DNA from: Vicugna vicugna
Lineage: Eukaryota
Length of the DNA: 64,000 nt
Reading direction: 5' to 3'
Assembly: GCA_013265495.1 (NCBI GenBank)
Contig: MU058824.1
Coordinates: 3,065,111-3,129,110 of the forward strand
The position numbers and the translations under genes were made by a program. Position 1 is the first letter of the stretch, and every line of letters begins with the position of its first letter. This document shows, piece by piece, positions 1-13,395 of the stretch. The notes under the pieces are model-generated. The model saw only the letters and a program-made list of their open reading frames with translations. It was not told where the DNA came from and made no database searches.

Positions 1-755
1 AACCCAGCAGTCTCTGTTTTAACAAGCCCTCTGGGTGATTCTAGTGCCTGCTAGATCTTGCGCACCACTTTTCATGTCTTCTGCTAGAGAGAAGGGCCTG
101 GGAGGAAAACTCATTGGACACAAATTTGTGTTGTTTTAACAATTAAGATAGGTAATTTGTTACATTAGTAATAGGAAACTAATATAAGTCATTAATTAAT
201 CAGTATTAATGCATGGCAAATCATTTCCTTTTAAATAAAAAAAATTTTTTTAATAGCCCAAAATATGTCAGTTATATTTCAGGAATAACTGAAATAGTGA
301 TAATTAGTGCTATGTTTGTTAAATTAGTTTATCTATATGATTAATTTCACAAAATAATCTGAATTGAAAGGAATTCACCCTATTTTCCACTTCGATGTCT
401 CACCAAAAAAATTAGCATTCCAAGTATCATAGTCATTTTTCTAGTAAATTTAAAATAGTATGGCAAAATGAACCCTTAATCACACTGTTAAATAATACAA
501 GAAAATGTCATTCTAGGGAACAATGTGAAAAATAGCATGTTCTAAATTTATCTAATGAGAACCAATCCCAGTGTACAGCTTGACAAACAAAAATTTATCA
601 ACTTTTCTTCCTATTGGTATGAATAATTTTCACTCAATAAATAATTTATAAAACTCTACACACATAATTCATATTGAATAAACTTGCAAATGGCTAGAAC
701 ATTAGTCAACAGATGTGAATGCTTCATATCTTAATAAATGTGTTTTCAGCGTAGA

Positions 756-851
756 GGGGGAGAGTACAGCTCAGTGGTGGAGTGCGTGCTTAGCATGCAT
801 GAGGTCCTGGGTTCAATCCCCAGTACCTCCATTAAGAAAAGAAAAAAAAAA
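756..851 (+). mobile_element. tRNA-derived SINE (camelid type)
   Basis: GGGGGAGAGTACAGCTCAGTGG (A box), CTTAGCATG, GGTTCAATCCC (B box), A-rich tail; GTGTTTTCAG on both flanks as a probable TSD. Confidence 0.85.
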
Positions 852-1736
852 GTGTTTTCAGTGAAAAATACCGATTCTGTGTTTTCGAACAGCAGCCTCC
901 ACAAAATGAAGTGTACATGTACCAGTGGAAGGACACAGTGATCCCTCAAAGTACAGGAGGTAATGTAGAAGTTTGATTTTTTAAAAATCTTATCCTTTAA
1001 ATTTTCCTTCTTTCTATATGTTTTATAATGTACACGATAGATCAGTATGATAATATGTATGTAATTTATAAATAATCAAAACTTGGAATGTATTCTCTAA
1101 TTTTTTCTGATAAGAGTTACGTGATCGAAAAAGTTTAGAGTATCACTAACAAGAATCACCAGGCCACTGCCTCTGTCACAGCGTTATGCTTTATTCTGGT
1201 CTAAAAATGAACACCAAGATGATTTAAACAAAAATTTTCAAACTACTACTAAATGCAAGTTTGCCATCAACCTTTTAAATAGGTTAACCACACTCAGAGT
1301 GTGTCAGATGTTTCAAAGTAGCATTTATTTTTTTAAAAGCACATTATGAGGTAAACTTATGCCAAAATACTCAGTGCATGTATTAATAAAAGGTTTATTA
1401 AAATCTTAAAGTTGTATGTAGGTGTATATGTAGATAAAATAAATTCACCTCCAATTCTGTCATCCATTTGAAAATCAAAACAACTCAGTTGAAAAAGTGA
1501 AGTCAATCACATGTTTAGAAAGCTTTTCTAATTCTGAAATGAGTAACATTTGATCTATTAAAAAATTTGCGGGAGGGAAGTAGTTTTGTTTTAGATTTTA
1601 GATTTTAGGAGTTATTTTACTAAATCATTCACTTTATGGCTAGTTTTCAGTGGATGTGAATATCTTTGCTAGGAAGTAGGTAAAAGATGACTATAATGCT
1701 TATTATTGTTTCCACCATGTCAAAATGATAATATCC

Positions 1737-1914
1737 AAGCCGGATCAGCTACATCATTTGTGAGCCGAGTGCAGAATAAAAATGCGGGCCCCTTGTTCAG
1801 AAAATTAAGAATTTTAAGATGGCTTCAGCAAAGCATTAAACCAAGCACAGGACTTTTCTCAGAGCAAGGCCCTTATATGACTGCATAGGTCACACACCCA
1901 TGAAGCCAGCCCTG
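1737..1914 (-). mobile_element. MER45-like hAT DNA transposon remnant
   Basis: Reverse complement begins CAGGGCTGGCTTCATGGGTGTGTGACCTATGCAGTC and follows the MER45A consensus as I recall it. Confidence 0.7.
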
Positions 1915-3193
1915 CATCTAAATGTATCTCAACTGCAGCTGTAGAAATACCAAACCTTATTTATCTTTGTCCCTTGAGCTCTAGTACTGGACTAGGCATT
2001 TATAATAGGGATTCAAATGTTTGTTTCTTGCAGTTTCCCAAATCAGTGAGAAATGCTTTCTGACCTATGGTTAGAAAAAAAAATCTTATCCTGATGAATA
2101 TAGTCAGTTCATTATAATAAATGATGGATTCCTCTAGTAGTGAATAATTTGCACATCACATGGGATGCTTCATGGGAACTCGGGGCCACATATCATGAAG
2201 ATTTATTTGATTAATTCAATAAAAATTTATTGATCCTGCTGGGCCCTGGAAATACAAGAATAAATAAGACACTCCCTGCCCTCAAGGAGCTTACAGTCTA
2301 GCATAAGAATTTACAGCACCTCAGAATCTAATGAGAAAACGTTTTGGTGTCTAGTATGTGGAACACTCCAGATTTCCTGAAAAGGAGAATCTAAAATTTA
2401 TCAGAAAGCACAGTTTAGAAATAAAGATGCAGTGAAATTTTGAAGAAAATTCAAATATTCAACCTTTAATGTAAAAACCATGAAATCTAAATGAGGAAGA
2501 AACAGAAAAGCTGAAAATTGTATCTATTTTAAATACTTGGGACCAGATCTAAATTTTAAAAATTATTTTATTATCTTTGGGTGACATTTTCACTTATAGT
2601 GACATTATATACACATACCTACAGGAGGTGTGTGCATGTGAGATGTATTCCCTGGAGCTTTTGATAAAAACCCATTTTTCTATCACTAATTCATTTACAA
2701 CTAAAGAAAGCAGCATACATGCAAATTTGAGACTCTTTTTGATAATCATTTCCATTTGAATGGGAGAAATTCTTCAGAATTGTTTTTAGGGTATAAATTT
2801 CAGTACAGTCTTATTGTGCGCTGAGACTGAACTATGTCTTTGTACAATATGTGATAATTTAAGCATATATTTTAATAGTTATTGACAAAATTTAATGGCA
2901 TCAAAAATACTCAAGTCTGTCTGGAATTTATTTTCATTGTTTTTTCCCCCACACTCTTCTTTTTTTCTTAAAACCATGAAAGACCCCTGTGCGAACACAG
3001 AGCCTTTGTTGTTGCTTCCGTGTCCTTTGGTGCATTGCTGTTCCTTAGTCTAGCAGCATCCTTAGTTTGTAGTATTTTACTTAGTGGCAACTGAAAAAAT
3101 CACTAGTCTGGGCTTTAACTGGGAAGTTCTGTTATCCTGACGGTTATTGTGAACCTGTCAGGAAGGTGGTAAGCAACCAAAACATCTGTCTCA

Positions 3194-3308
3194 CAGACGG
3201 TGCACACAGAGCTCTTCAGACACTAAGCAGGCTTGGTTTTCTCATGTCCCAGATGGTGCACACAGAGCTCTTCAGACACTAAGCAGGCTTGGTTTTCTCA
3301 TGTCCCAG
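3194..3308. repeat. 56-bp tandem duplication (2 copies)
   Basis: 3194-3249 and 3250-3305 are identical except one C/T. Confidence 0.95.
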
Positions 3309-5940
3309 CTCATAACAGATGAATCAGCACATTAGAAGGAAGTGGGGAGCCTGTTAGAGGCAGGCATATTGATAGTGTGGTAGGGAGGCCACCCTGTAAG
3401 CAAAACAGATTGCTTAGCAGACACACACACACACACCAGGATTCTGAGGCCAATGATTATATATACCTCAGGGCTGAGGGAATCACTTTATAATAATTGA
3501 TATTATCTATATGTTATGTAGCCCTTAAAATTTTATGAAGTATTTTACATACATCAGAGCTCATTGGATATTTGTAATAACACATGACTATAACGTTTTC
3601 TTTTCATCATGGAAAAATGAATTGTACTGAACATGCTGTTTAAGAAGGCAGGTAGGTATACTAACATATCTGAAAGACTTGCATCAAAAATAATTATGAG
3701 TTTAAATTTTTGGCACTTCAGATATATGCATTAATTATCTGAAAATTAATATATATGCTTTCCTTCATGACCAACACAAGGTGTTACTGAATTTTCACAG
3801 CTTTCAGTGACTGCTGGTCATTAAATGGGGATGATTGTCATCAGTAAGTTATCAGAATATTTCTCCTGTTAAATACAAGCTTAACAGATATTTATGGATG
3901 CCAATATCATATATTCTAATATGGGAAACACTAGGCTTCTAATAGATTCTTAAGAGTGTTTTTCCTATATTGCACTTTTTAGAAAACAAAGCTTTAACAA
4001 TGATATAATGTGATCTTGGCTCAAGACATAGGAGCATAGGAGCAAGGAACATGTGATTTAGTTTTTCCTTGCTTGTTTTCCTAAAATTTGGTATAACCTC
4101 TTCTTGGGGGTGTTAACACGGAGAAATAACAAAATATACACGTTCTTTGGGCTTCTGAGGAAAAAGACCACACACATTTTCAAAAGATTAAAATAGAAGC
4201 CTCTTCTGCATTAGCTACTTCATTTTCACAACTAAAAATAAGGAACTACTGTGTATTTGATGTTCCTAAACTCAATTAACATAGCTTTGCCATAAATATA
4301 CCGTTCCGTCAAAAGCTCTTTAAAATAGAAGTACAATTTATACTATACTTACCAACAGTTATACTGTATTATCGGTTATACATTTACCAATTATCATGAA
4401 TAAAAATGACTAAATAAAAGAGCTAAAAGCACAAGATTAGATTTTATACTCAAAGTGAAATGGGACGGTAAAATTTTAACTGTAATTTCCTCCAGTAGTA
4501 TAGAATTCCTCATGCCCTTTAATTCCTTTATCCCCAGTATTGAGCAGATGACTTTTTAATTATGAGCATACCTCACAGAGGACAAAGATTTTGTTGAATT
4601 TACTGGTGGTTAATTTTTAATTCTAATCTATGTGGCTCTGTTTTTATACAAGGCTATTTATCCTCCATTTTTCTTTGTCTTAGAGCTGCTTATCCTGCTG
4701 GAGGTTTTTTTAGTTAGGAAGGGACTGTATATATGCCCTGCAATTTATGGTATCCTAATGGAAATTGTCAATCTTGTAATTGTTCTTTTACGTGGTACAG
4801 AAGATAAGCCAGCTCGAACTTGCAGAGGATGCTAAACAAGTAAATTAACAGGTTAGTTCACTACCCTTTACAAAATGGTAGAGTAGTAAGCACAGGCTTG
4901 GGACTAAACAGACCTGGGTTTGAATCCTAGTGCTGCTAAGCAATGCCAGCTCTGCGATTTAAGACAAATCACTTAAATCTTCCGACCCTCCATCTCTTCA
5001 AAAGTCAATTGATGCTCATGCCACCTATCTTACAGTTTTTGTGAGGGTTAGTAGTAAAGTATGTACATTATTTGACACGTGATAGGTATTCTACAGTGGT
5101 TAAAGAATCGTGGACTGAAATTTAGAGTCGGGCAACATTTGGGCCCAGCATCTGACACGGAGCTCTCTCCAAAAGAGAGGCAGTATATGGAACCTTCTTT
5201 TGATTATCAATACAATCATTGTACTTAGTAGCTTATTTTGAATGTCAACATTAGGTGTTTTTGTCTCTAAAACTTTATTTTCTTTTAAATATGTATTTTT
5301 AAAAGTTTATGGCAAACTTGTGTTTTCACCGTGGTAATTTTTTTTTGATGACTAAAAAACTTTGAATTTTTTAAAATATCCATGATAAAATGATCTAAGT
5401 TTTAAAAAAACCTGTCCTAGAGATAACATTGTTCCAAGTGAGATGTAACCTCTAGACACATGTGTGAATGGCTGTCTGATAGGTCCTACAAAGAAATGTC
5501 ATTTTTATTCATGTATTTGGGTGTTCTAAATGTTTCTATAAGATTTCACTTTCCTTCTTATGGCATCTTGATACTCCCACACTTTCCTTTTCAGTCTACT
5601 GGCCAGTTTAAGGGTATTCACAATAATACAACTTAAAGACAGAATAAAAGTGTTCATAAGTCATTGTTTTAACAGCCAGCATAATACAGTAGAAATTGCC
5701 CTGAGCAAGGAATTAAGAGACTTGAATTCAAGTCCTGGCTCTGCCACTAATTTTGCAGGATGACTTTAGGCAAGTCACTTAACTTCTCTTATTCATCAAA
5801 TAATGAGATTGAGTCCATTTTGTTACTTTCTACTGGTAAAATTACTTTCATTTACTTATTTTTTTTTTAAATAATCAAAACATCTTCTGGGATTGGGTTA
5901 AGCACCTGATGGGTACAGAAGTATTTACTGATGTTTAAGG

Positions 5941-6124
5941 TAGTATGTTCCAAGCTGTGATCCAGGGACCACCTGAGTAAAGATTACTTGGGGTTCTTGT
6001 TAAAAATACAGGAACCTGTCCTCTCCCTGGCTGAATCAGAATCTCCTAAGGTGAGGGCCAAGTTTCTGTATTTTTCACAAGCTCTTCAATAGTTATAATG
6101 CACCCTAATGTTTGAGAACCACTG
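5941..6124. mobile_element. MER5-like hAT-Charlie MITE
   Basis: CTGAATCAGAATCTC...TTTTTCACAAGCTC...GTTTGAGAACCACTG; a similar end fragment lies at 1-69. Confidence 0.7.
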
Positions 6125-7357
6125 GCCGAAGAGAATGTGATCTAAGAGGGAAAGAGCTAGCCTGTGGCTCGAATTACTTCAGCTTCTGGCAAATCCCTTC
6201 TAAAGGACTCTACCATTCAAAGTAAGAAAGCTGCTGACTTCAGAGCAGTCAGCCTTGTGCTTGGCCCCTGCATAAGGCTTTTTACATGCTGTGTTCCATA
6301 ACAAAACACAACAGAAGGGCTTAGTCTTGACATCCAAGTCACTGACCACCACAGTTATGACAGCAGCCTGAAGACAGCTGCAGTTCTCCTGTCATTAATG
6401 GTATGAGAGTTGAGCTGAAGGAAGAAAGATGAGAAAAACACAGCCTCTTTACTCTTGATTCTCCCTCCACCCATCATCCTGTGTGCTTCAAATAATCTGG
6501 CAGAGAAAACAGAAAATGTAAGCCATACTGCTCTCATCACTCTGTGGCCAGAGAGTGTACTAATCTAATAAATAAATCCTCTTCCATACAATAGAAATGA
6601 CCAAAGCCCATTCCGTCTCCTCTTTTCCTTTCTAATGCTGTTGACAGGAACAAAATATCAAGTAAGGACACATGCTAGGAATTTTTAAATTCATACAAGT
6701 AAATTACAAAGAGAGGAGGTAATATTTTTTCTAGAATTTCACAACAAAATCCCTCTCACAGTGAAAAAATATGTATAATTTTAACAGGAAACTTAAAAGA
6801 CATTTTGTTGCAAGACTATAACAGTTATAAGAATAATGCCAGTATCTGTGCTCATTGTAGAGGAACATAACAGCAACTTTACAAAACCAAGTATACTGAT
6901 ACGTGAAGATGAAATTTCTTTTCAGCAACCAGTATGCCAACATCAAACTGCTGGATTTTATTCAACACTAGCGTTACGAGTTTCTCCTAACCCAACCAAA
7001 ACTCCTGCCAAATGTCCACAAAACTCACACCAAAATCAAAAAACAGAAAAGAGAATTAAAAGAAACTTGACAAGAGCTACCATGCAAAAAACCAGCAGAA
7101 CTGGAGTTCAGTGGCACAGATCAGCAGGAGCAGAGAGGAATGCTGCAAAAGATGATGCCGCCTGGAGTCTAACTTGGCGATGCCCCTGTGATGCTGGACG
7201 ATAAAGTACACAGGTCACAGGTGGTGTTCGTGGACCCATAAGAACCAGGATCTTGACCCAAACGTTTAAGATCTTCTAAAAAGAAAATACTTCACCTAAA
7301 TTGAAGTAATATGTAAGTCAAACACCAGAAGAGTTCCTTATTTGATGTAAGTTGTGC

Positions 7358-7726
7358 CTAAAACTTTGGCTGATACAAAGAAACCCGTCCACTAAGGCAC
7401 CCAGAGGCGATCTGACAATGTGTTGGAGAGAATTTTGTTGTCAGTACCACATCATTATGAGAGTACAGAGAACGGATCACCCGCAGGGGACTGGCTTCTT
7501 TGGGCAAACAGTCAATAAGTTCACTGCACTGTTTGTCAAATCCCAACAAGCGAATCCCATAGCCATGTGGGGAAGAAATCATTCGCCCATCAGGACTGAA
7601 GCAAAGTTCTTTGATATAACCTCTGCCTACATTGGCTTCTTCAATGTAATGAGTCAGTCGTAGAGAACAGCGAGGTGAGACAGGCCGCACAGGAGCTCCT
7701 TCTTGGAATTCATACACACAAGTCCA
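7358..7726 (-). CDS. DCAF10: DCAF10 coding exon 7 (last, to TAG stop)
   Basis: cccctag|TGG ACT TGT GTG TAT = WTCVYEFQEGAP...SGRVSLYQPKF*; spliced CDS totals 1695 nt = 564 aa with all intron phases consistent. Confidence 0.96.
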   Translation of the reverse strand, partial: WTCVYEFQEGAPVRPVSPRCSLRLTHYIEEANVGRGYIKELCFSPDGRMISSPHGYGIRLLGFDKQCSELIDCLPKEASPLRVIRSLYSHNDVVLTTKFSPTHCQIASGCLSGRVSLYQPKF

Positions 7727-8642
7727 CTAGGGGAGAGGGGAGAGACAAAGTTATAGAGCACTGTAAATGAAAGTACAACCTTTAAAAATTATGAATAACT
7801 CTATTGTACACCTGTAACATAATACTATTGTACAGCAACTATACTTAAATTTTTAAAAATTAAAAACCCTATTATAGAGCTCCAAACAGTGCTATAGATA
7901 ATCCTTAAAAAAAAAAAAAAAGCTCAACAGAATGCCAAAGGTGCAGAATTGTTACAAGAAATCATTCAGATGAATGCTACTCCTCTTCCAGCTAACAAAA
8001 CTTGTAGGCCCCATACCATCTTATCTTCATTCATATCAAGGTTATTCTGTACTATGACGCTTTAAAGCCTTTTATTCCTTGAGGCCACTGTGACTTTTGT
8101 AGTAATAATTCCCTTTTCCGAGAGTAACAACAATCTTGATATCTGCAAAATTCTAGGGTTAAGACATCCACTAGAATATCTCTCCTACACACTTCAAAGG
8201 CTCTTCTGTCCTATTCGTTGTGGCTTCTAGAGCTAGTGAGATCCTTGGAAGACTCCTGCTTTCCAGAGTAATGAGAATTATAAGGTCCTATAAGACCTTT
8301 TCCCCTCATCACTTCGGTCCCTGCCTTTCCCAAAGCTTTCCCTGGTTTTTAACAAGATAAAATCATAATAAGTTGGCTTAGCAAAACCTCCCAGTTAGCC
8401 AACTTAGCTGAAACATCTCAGTCCTATCTTTTCTATATAAGGGATTTTTTACTATGAGATAAAGGAGGCAAGAATTAAAAAGCTGTGCACAGTGTGAACT
8501 GATGACTGCTTTAAGGTAATTCCCTGCTTGCCACACCCAGGGCAGAGAGGAGGAAGAACGGCTTTCAAAGGAAGAAGACACCATGAGCGCACATGGCAAT
8601 GGGAATCTGTTCAGTCAGCCCTGGTGAGGGTGCTGCCCGTAC

Positions 8643-8788
8643 CTCCTGATCATCAGTGTTGCTTGAGCACCGAAGAAGAGTGGCCCAGCCTTTTGGGTGC
8701 AGCTGTAAGGATGTGATGCAGTTTCCACGGTCTCTCTCACCAGGAACTTCAGGGGTTAAGACTTCAAGACTATTTCGTGGTGAAACTC
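8643..8788 (-). CDS. DCAF10: DCAF10 coding exon 6
   Basis: tgtcag|GA GTT TCA = GVSPRNSLEVLTPEVPGERDRGNCITSLQLHPKGWATLLRCSSNTDDQE; donor GAG|GTACGG; 146 nt. Confidence 0.95.
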
Positions 8789-11444
8789 CTGACATACAAG
8801 AAAATTAGGATGTAGAATCTGTATTATCAAAGGTCTAAGGCAGCTCATCAAAGCTTTGATTTCTGGCAGCCACCCTCATGTCTTCCTCCATCTGTCCTTT
8901 ATGCTACCACATAAAATCATGGTGCCCCTCAATGTATGGGGTGTGAGTGTGTCTGTGGGGTTGGGGTAGGGGGAAAAGGTATGAATAGAACTAAATAATC
9001 CAAGTTCCTGCAGCAGGAATCACCAATGACCCTTTAAGGCAAAGGCATTAAAGCTAATGAGGACTCCTTTCAATTTGGACCTAACATCTCAGAAAGCTCT
9101 TTATTTAAGTAACAAAGTTAGGTGACATGAAAAGAATCTGGAAAAATAAAAGATAACAATTCTCATCTCAGAGGACCTGGCGCTCTCTAGTCCAGAAAAG
9201 GAAATACTTGGAAGCCATGAGGATTGCTATTTTGTGTGCAAGGAGCAGGACTTATGACCCCTAAGGACAATACTATCAATAAGTCAACCTATAATTTTGG
9301 AGGCTAAGAGAGCACAACTCACACAGAGACATGTGAACACAAGTGGTGGGAGACACTGCCAATGGTAAATATTCCTGGTACTCTGCTGTAGTCAGTCATT
9401 TCTTTCTACCTCGCCCCAGTGAAAGTGACTGCCACCATGAACCATTGTTACTAATGGGAGTGTGTCATATCCCTCAAGTATGTGGCGAACCACTTTCATA
9501 GACATTGTGAGGAAGCAGCTTAGACATTTACTATCCAGAGAAATATTTTGACACTTCTCTGCCTGTGGAAGTAGTTGCTTTCAAGATAATAAGCTCCCTC
9601 TGTCAGACCATTTGTGAATTATTTCTTGCTTAGATGTATCTTCTTTTAAAAGATTCCCTTTAGATTAGTACAGCATTAACAGAAACCAGTGAAGTTATAA
9701 GTTACACTGTTACAACCAAATTATACCCAAATAACTATTTCACATATGATTGAACTTTAATAACAATTTTAGGGGAAAAAACCCTATTTTAAGAATTAAT
9801 TTTGAAAATCTATAAACAAAAGCAGAAAGGAAACTCATTCTGAATAAGTAAGTAGTGGTTTTTGAGCTGTGCTCCTTGGCGGTTCCTCAAAAGCTGAGAA
9901 AGGGGAGGAAGCATATGGGGCCAGGGTGGAAATGGGGTGGGGAAGACTGGAGGGTCAAGGGCCTCCCTAACTTCACTTGAACAGTTACTCCACTTTTACT
10001 TATGCTACATCCCTAAGAATCCACAGCAGATTTCATGTCAAAAATAGAGTTTGAATCCTGAAATGAATTTGAAAGCCTCTGCTCTATACAGCTATTATAT
10101 CTGCAAAGTAGGGTGCTAACATAATCTGACACCTGAAGACCCAGGATTTCCAACATTCAGTGCAGCTTTACTTATAAGCGCCACCTTCTCTTTCCAAGCC
10201 CCAATTTGCTTCCTCTCTCTGCCTAAGCTACCCATACATCATCTTTTCTCCCATTCTCAACTCTCTACAGCATGAAACTGCTGTATAGTTTTGGTTTGGG
10301 GTTTACCACTGCAACAAGTAAGCATGTTAACTATTCTTAAATTAAGTTTCTTTTTCTCATGGGTGGTTTAATTAACTGATGAAGATTTTTCTCAGTGATT
10401 ATTAAGACCCTTGGCTTGTTTCCTATAGTCAACGTAGGAGGAGGAGAACAGGTAAATCTGCAGGAAGTGTCTGCTACACATCAAGGGAGAAATGTTACAC
10501 ATTCAGGCAAAAATCTCCAAAAGGAGGAAATTTAACCTTAAGGTGAGACATCACAGTCTTCAACATCCAGAGGACAGGATGGGGGATAGGCTATAGGTTA
10601 GGTTAGGAAGGGCTCTCAAACCATTCTACTAACCCAAGTAGTCATGCAGAATAATCAAATATGCATTTATTGAGCATTTACCAGGTGAGGCCACTCAGGG
10701 AAAACATTAATTAAAAGTGTAACGTATAGTCCTCGCTTTAAATATCTGGGTAGGAGATGTGTTTATTTCCAGTAGGTGACACAAAATTATAAAAAAAAAC
10801 AAAACAACTATTTGGCCATCAGTCCACAAAGAGTAGAACAAACAAGAAGTGCTGTAAGAGCTTAGATGTGGATTAGTAATGAGAGGGATGGTGGGTGAAA
10901 TTTGCATAGGTGGAAAGCATTTCAATTAGTGGGTAGAAGGAATAGTTTAAGCAACTAGTTCTACCACAGTGGCTGGGGGAAAACTGGCAAAATGTCCAGG
11001 TTGTAGTGTACTTTATCCCACAACCCCTCTGAGGCTGCCAGGCATTGCTGAGATAAGGAAGTTCAGAGCAAAAAGCCTTCTGGGCTGGAACCAGGAGACT
11101 TTCACAAGCACCTGATAAACTCATCCCCGTATATTTACATAGCAGTCACATGCATAATCTCATTTAATTTTCATAATAACCTTGATTGGAGTCTGCATTT
11201 CCCAACTATTCCCTCTCAGACTAAACCAAACTAAATCTAGGAAATAAAGCCAAAATTAAAATTCCAACAAAGATTTAAGCCCAAGATATTCAGCCCCAGA
11301 GACTCTGATTAGCTTTTTGAAAATGATGACTGAGGGGCAAGGAATAGCCTCATCTCTTTATTTTTATGGATTAAAACCAAACCAAAGAAAGCTATTTGGT
11401 AGAATTTTTTGTTGCAAGATTATAAAATCTAACTTTCAACCTAC

Positions 11445-11558
11445 CTTCTCTTTGAGAGGCCCGTGACATATGTTTCTCAGAAGATGAATTAGAATCACTG
11501 TGATGACAAGGTGAATTAGAAACTCTAGGACCAGATGAACTCGACGAAGTGGTAAGAT
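11445..11558 (-). CDS. DCAF10: DCAF10 coding exon 5 (Ser-rich linker)
   Basis: ttttcaag|AT CTT ACC = DLTTSSSSSGPRVSNSPCHHSDSNSSSEKHMSRASQRE; donor G|GTAGGT; 114 nt; inside ORF 11392..11610. Confidence 0.94.
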
Positions 11559-13192
11559 CTTGAAAATACAAAACATTCCAACAGTAAACTCTGGGACTGC
11601 CCCATAACATCTATTTGAACCATACTGTTAAAATCCATCTGAAACATGGCAAGTACATATCCACTTAAAGCTGGCCTATAACTAAGACTGAGGTGGGCAG
11701 GATAGCTCTTTGGAGTGTTCTAAGGCCTAGCCCCTTTCTAAAACCTTTTAGACCAATGACTTCCTTAAGTGAAATAAAAATGAAAAACTGAATAAACATA
11801 GGAACATCTCTGGTTTCCCATCATTTCTGTAGTGAAATGGAACAGGAAAATTCAGCAATGAAAACTGGGCTGTTCGGCTGTTGTTTAATGTTAGAATAGC
11901 ATCTAAACAACAGGCCCATTATTGAGAACACAAACAGATCCTTCTTAAAGCATACCAACAACTTTTATCATTCCTACTGAAATTATGTGACTACTATCTC
12001 TGAAATGCAATACAAGCTTAACATTGAAATCTGTGGGAAAGTAAAATGAATATGAGATAGTCGAGTCTGATGTATTACTCCAAATAGCAGTCTCTATTTC
12101 ACACTCTTCTGTGGGCCCACACTTCTATGGGGACTTCTTATTAACCTAATTCCCTTTGATGGTATTAAGTATCAGACCACCCTTAGAAGACAGAAAACCT
12201 TGGTTTTTAAGCAAAGCATGACTACTAGACCTTCTAAATCACTACTTCTCACTGGGCTAAGGTTCATTATTAATGTTCAATTTTTTTAAATTCTGAAATT
12301 AAAAGGACTATACTTGGATATTTATGAAATCCCTTTCTTGCAAATAACTTGGTAAAACTTAAATTTCTACTTTCAGTGGTGAAGTTGGGCAACCACAGTA
12401 CAATGAGGCCTGCAGACTCCCAAAGAGGTCTTCAGAAGTGGCCCTGTGTATAAAGGAGAAAGATTCCAACCATTTGAAGCTGATTTTTAATACCAATTTA
12501 TGAACATTAGGTGTTCCAAATACCTAAGTCTTTTTTATTGGGATCTTGTTCATAAACACAGTATTATAAACAATGGATATGTTTCTGTATCAGCTCTTTT
12601 TCCTAAAGGTAGATGAAATAAAGTATCACATAATGTAGTGCATAATTTCTCCTGAGCCACAATTTCACTTAAGTCTAATGGAACTGGCAACAGGAAAAGG
12701 AACAGGGCTTTAGCAAGAGGATGTTTAAGGGTCATGAGATAAGATGGCACCAGCCACCTGTGTCTGAACATCTGAAAGTCTAGGATGCAGTATAGACTTA
12801 AAGCTAAAGTTCTATAGTGACTATAACTCAAAAGCTCTGCTGGGTTCCAGAAGGAATTAAAAAGACTGACACTACCTTGGCCCTTCACTAATTTTTGAGA
12901 TAATGACAATTTACAAATACTGATGAAAGATCTTCTGGCTGGCGAAGAGCTGAAAAAAAGTATTTTTAGAGTTAGCAGTTACTCTTAGTAGATCATTTGT
13001 GATACAGAGGCACATGCTATGTAAGAGATACACACAGATCATTATACTTCCTTAGGATAAAACTCTCACTAAGCTTTCTAAAGAATGCCTTTTAATTTTC
13101 TTTCCTTCTTGCTGTCATTCTTAGATAGAAACGTACCATCCCTATATCAGATTCTTTGGAAAACTTTCTTTAATCAAAAAAGGAAAGCTTAC

Positions 13193-13395
13193 CTGAACTT
13201 GATGTAGTTCTTCTTGCTCTCAAAATGGGATAGCTGCCTACTTCTAAAGACTTGGTTAAGTCAAGATCATGCAAAATCAAAAGATATCCAGAGGACGTTG
13301 AGATCAACATTTTGGAACAATCTGGTGTTAATCTCATTCGCATGAGAAAACGTGTGTGAAAGAATTTCTTATGCGGACACCCATCTTCTGTACAC
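13193..13395 (-). CDS. DCAF10: DCAF10 coding exon 4
   Basis: cggtag|G TGT ACA GAA = CTEDGCPHKKFFHTRFLMRMRLTPDCSKMLISTSSGYLLILHDLDLTKSLEVGSYPILRARRTTSSS; donor G|GTAAGC; 203 nt. Confidence 0.96.

Larger units (their letters stand above)
1190..7357 (-). other. DCAF10: Putative long (~6 kb) DCAF10 3' UTR ending at distal AATAAA signals
   Basis: Minus-strand AATAAA at 1190-1195, 1324-1329 and about 1394-1399; length inferred from my recollection that mammalian DCAF10 has a multi-kb 3' UTR; no transcript evidence here. Confidence 0.45.

Noticed and set aside
756..830. tRNA-Ala(AGC)-like sequence (also at 16970, 30845, 51620 and 58779)
   Set aside because: A-rich tails, TSDs, imperfect stems and multiple diverged copies identify these as SINE heads, not tRNA genes.
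6836..7204. 122-aa plus-strand ORF
   Set aside because: Antisense to the DCAF10 3' UTR with no recognisable domain or splice support.
8565..8642. Open frame continuing past DCAF10 exon 6 into intron 6
   Set aside because: A short chance read-through; the GAG|GTAC donor joins exon 7 in frame.
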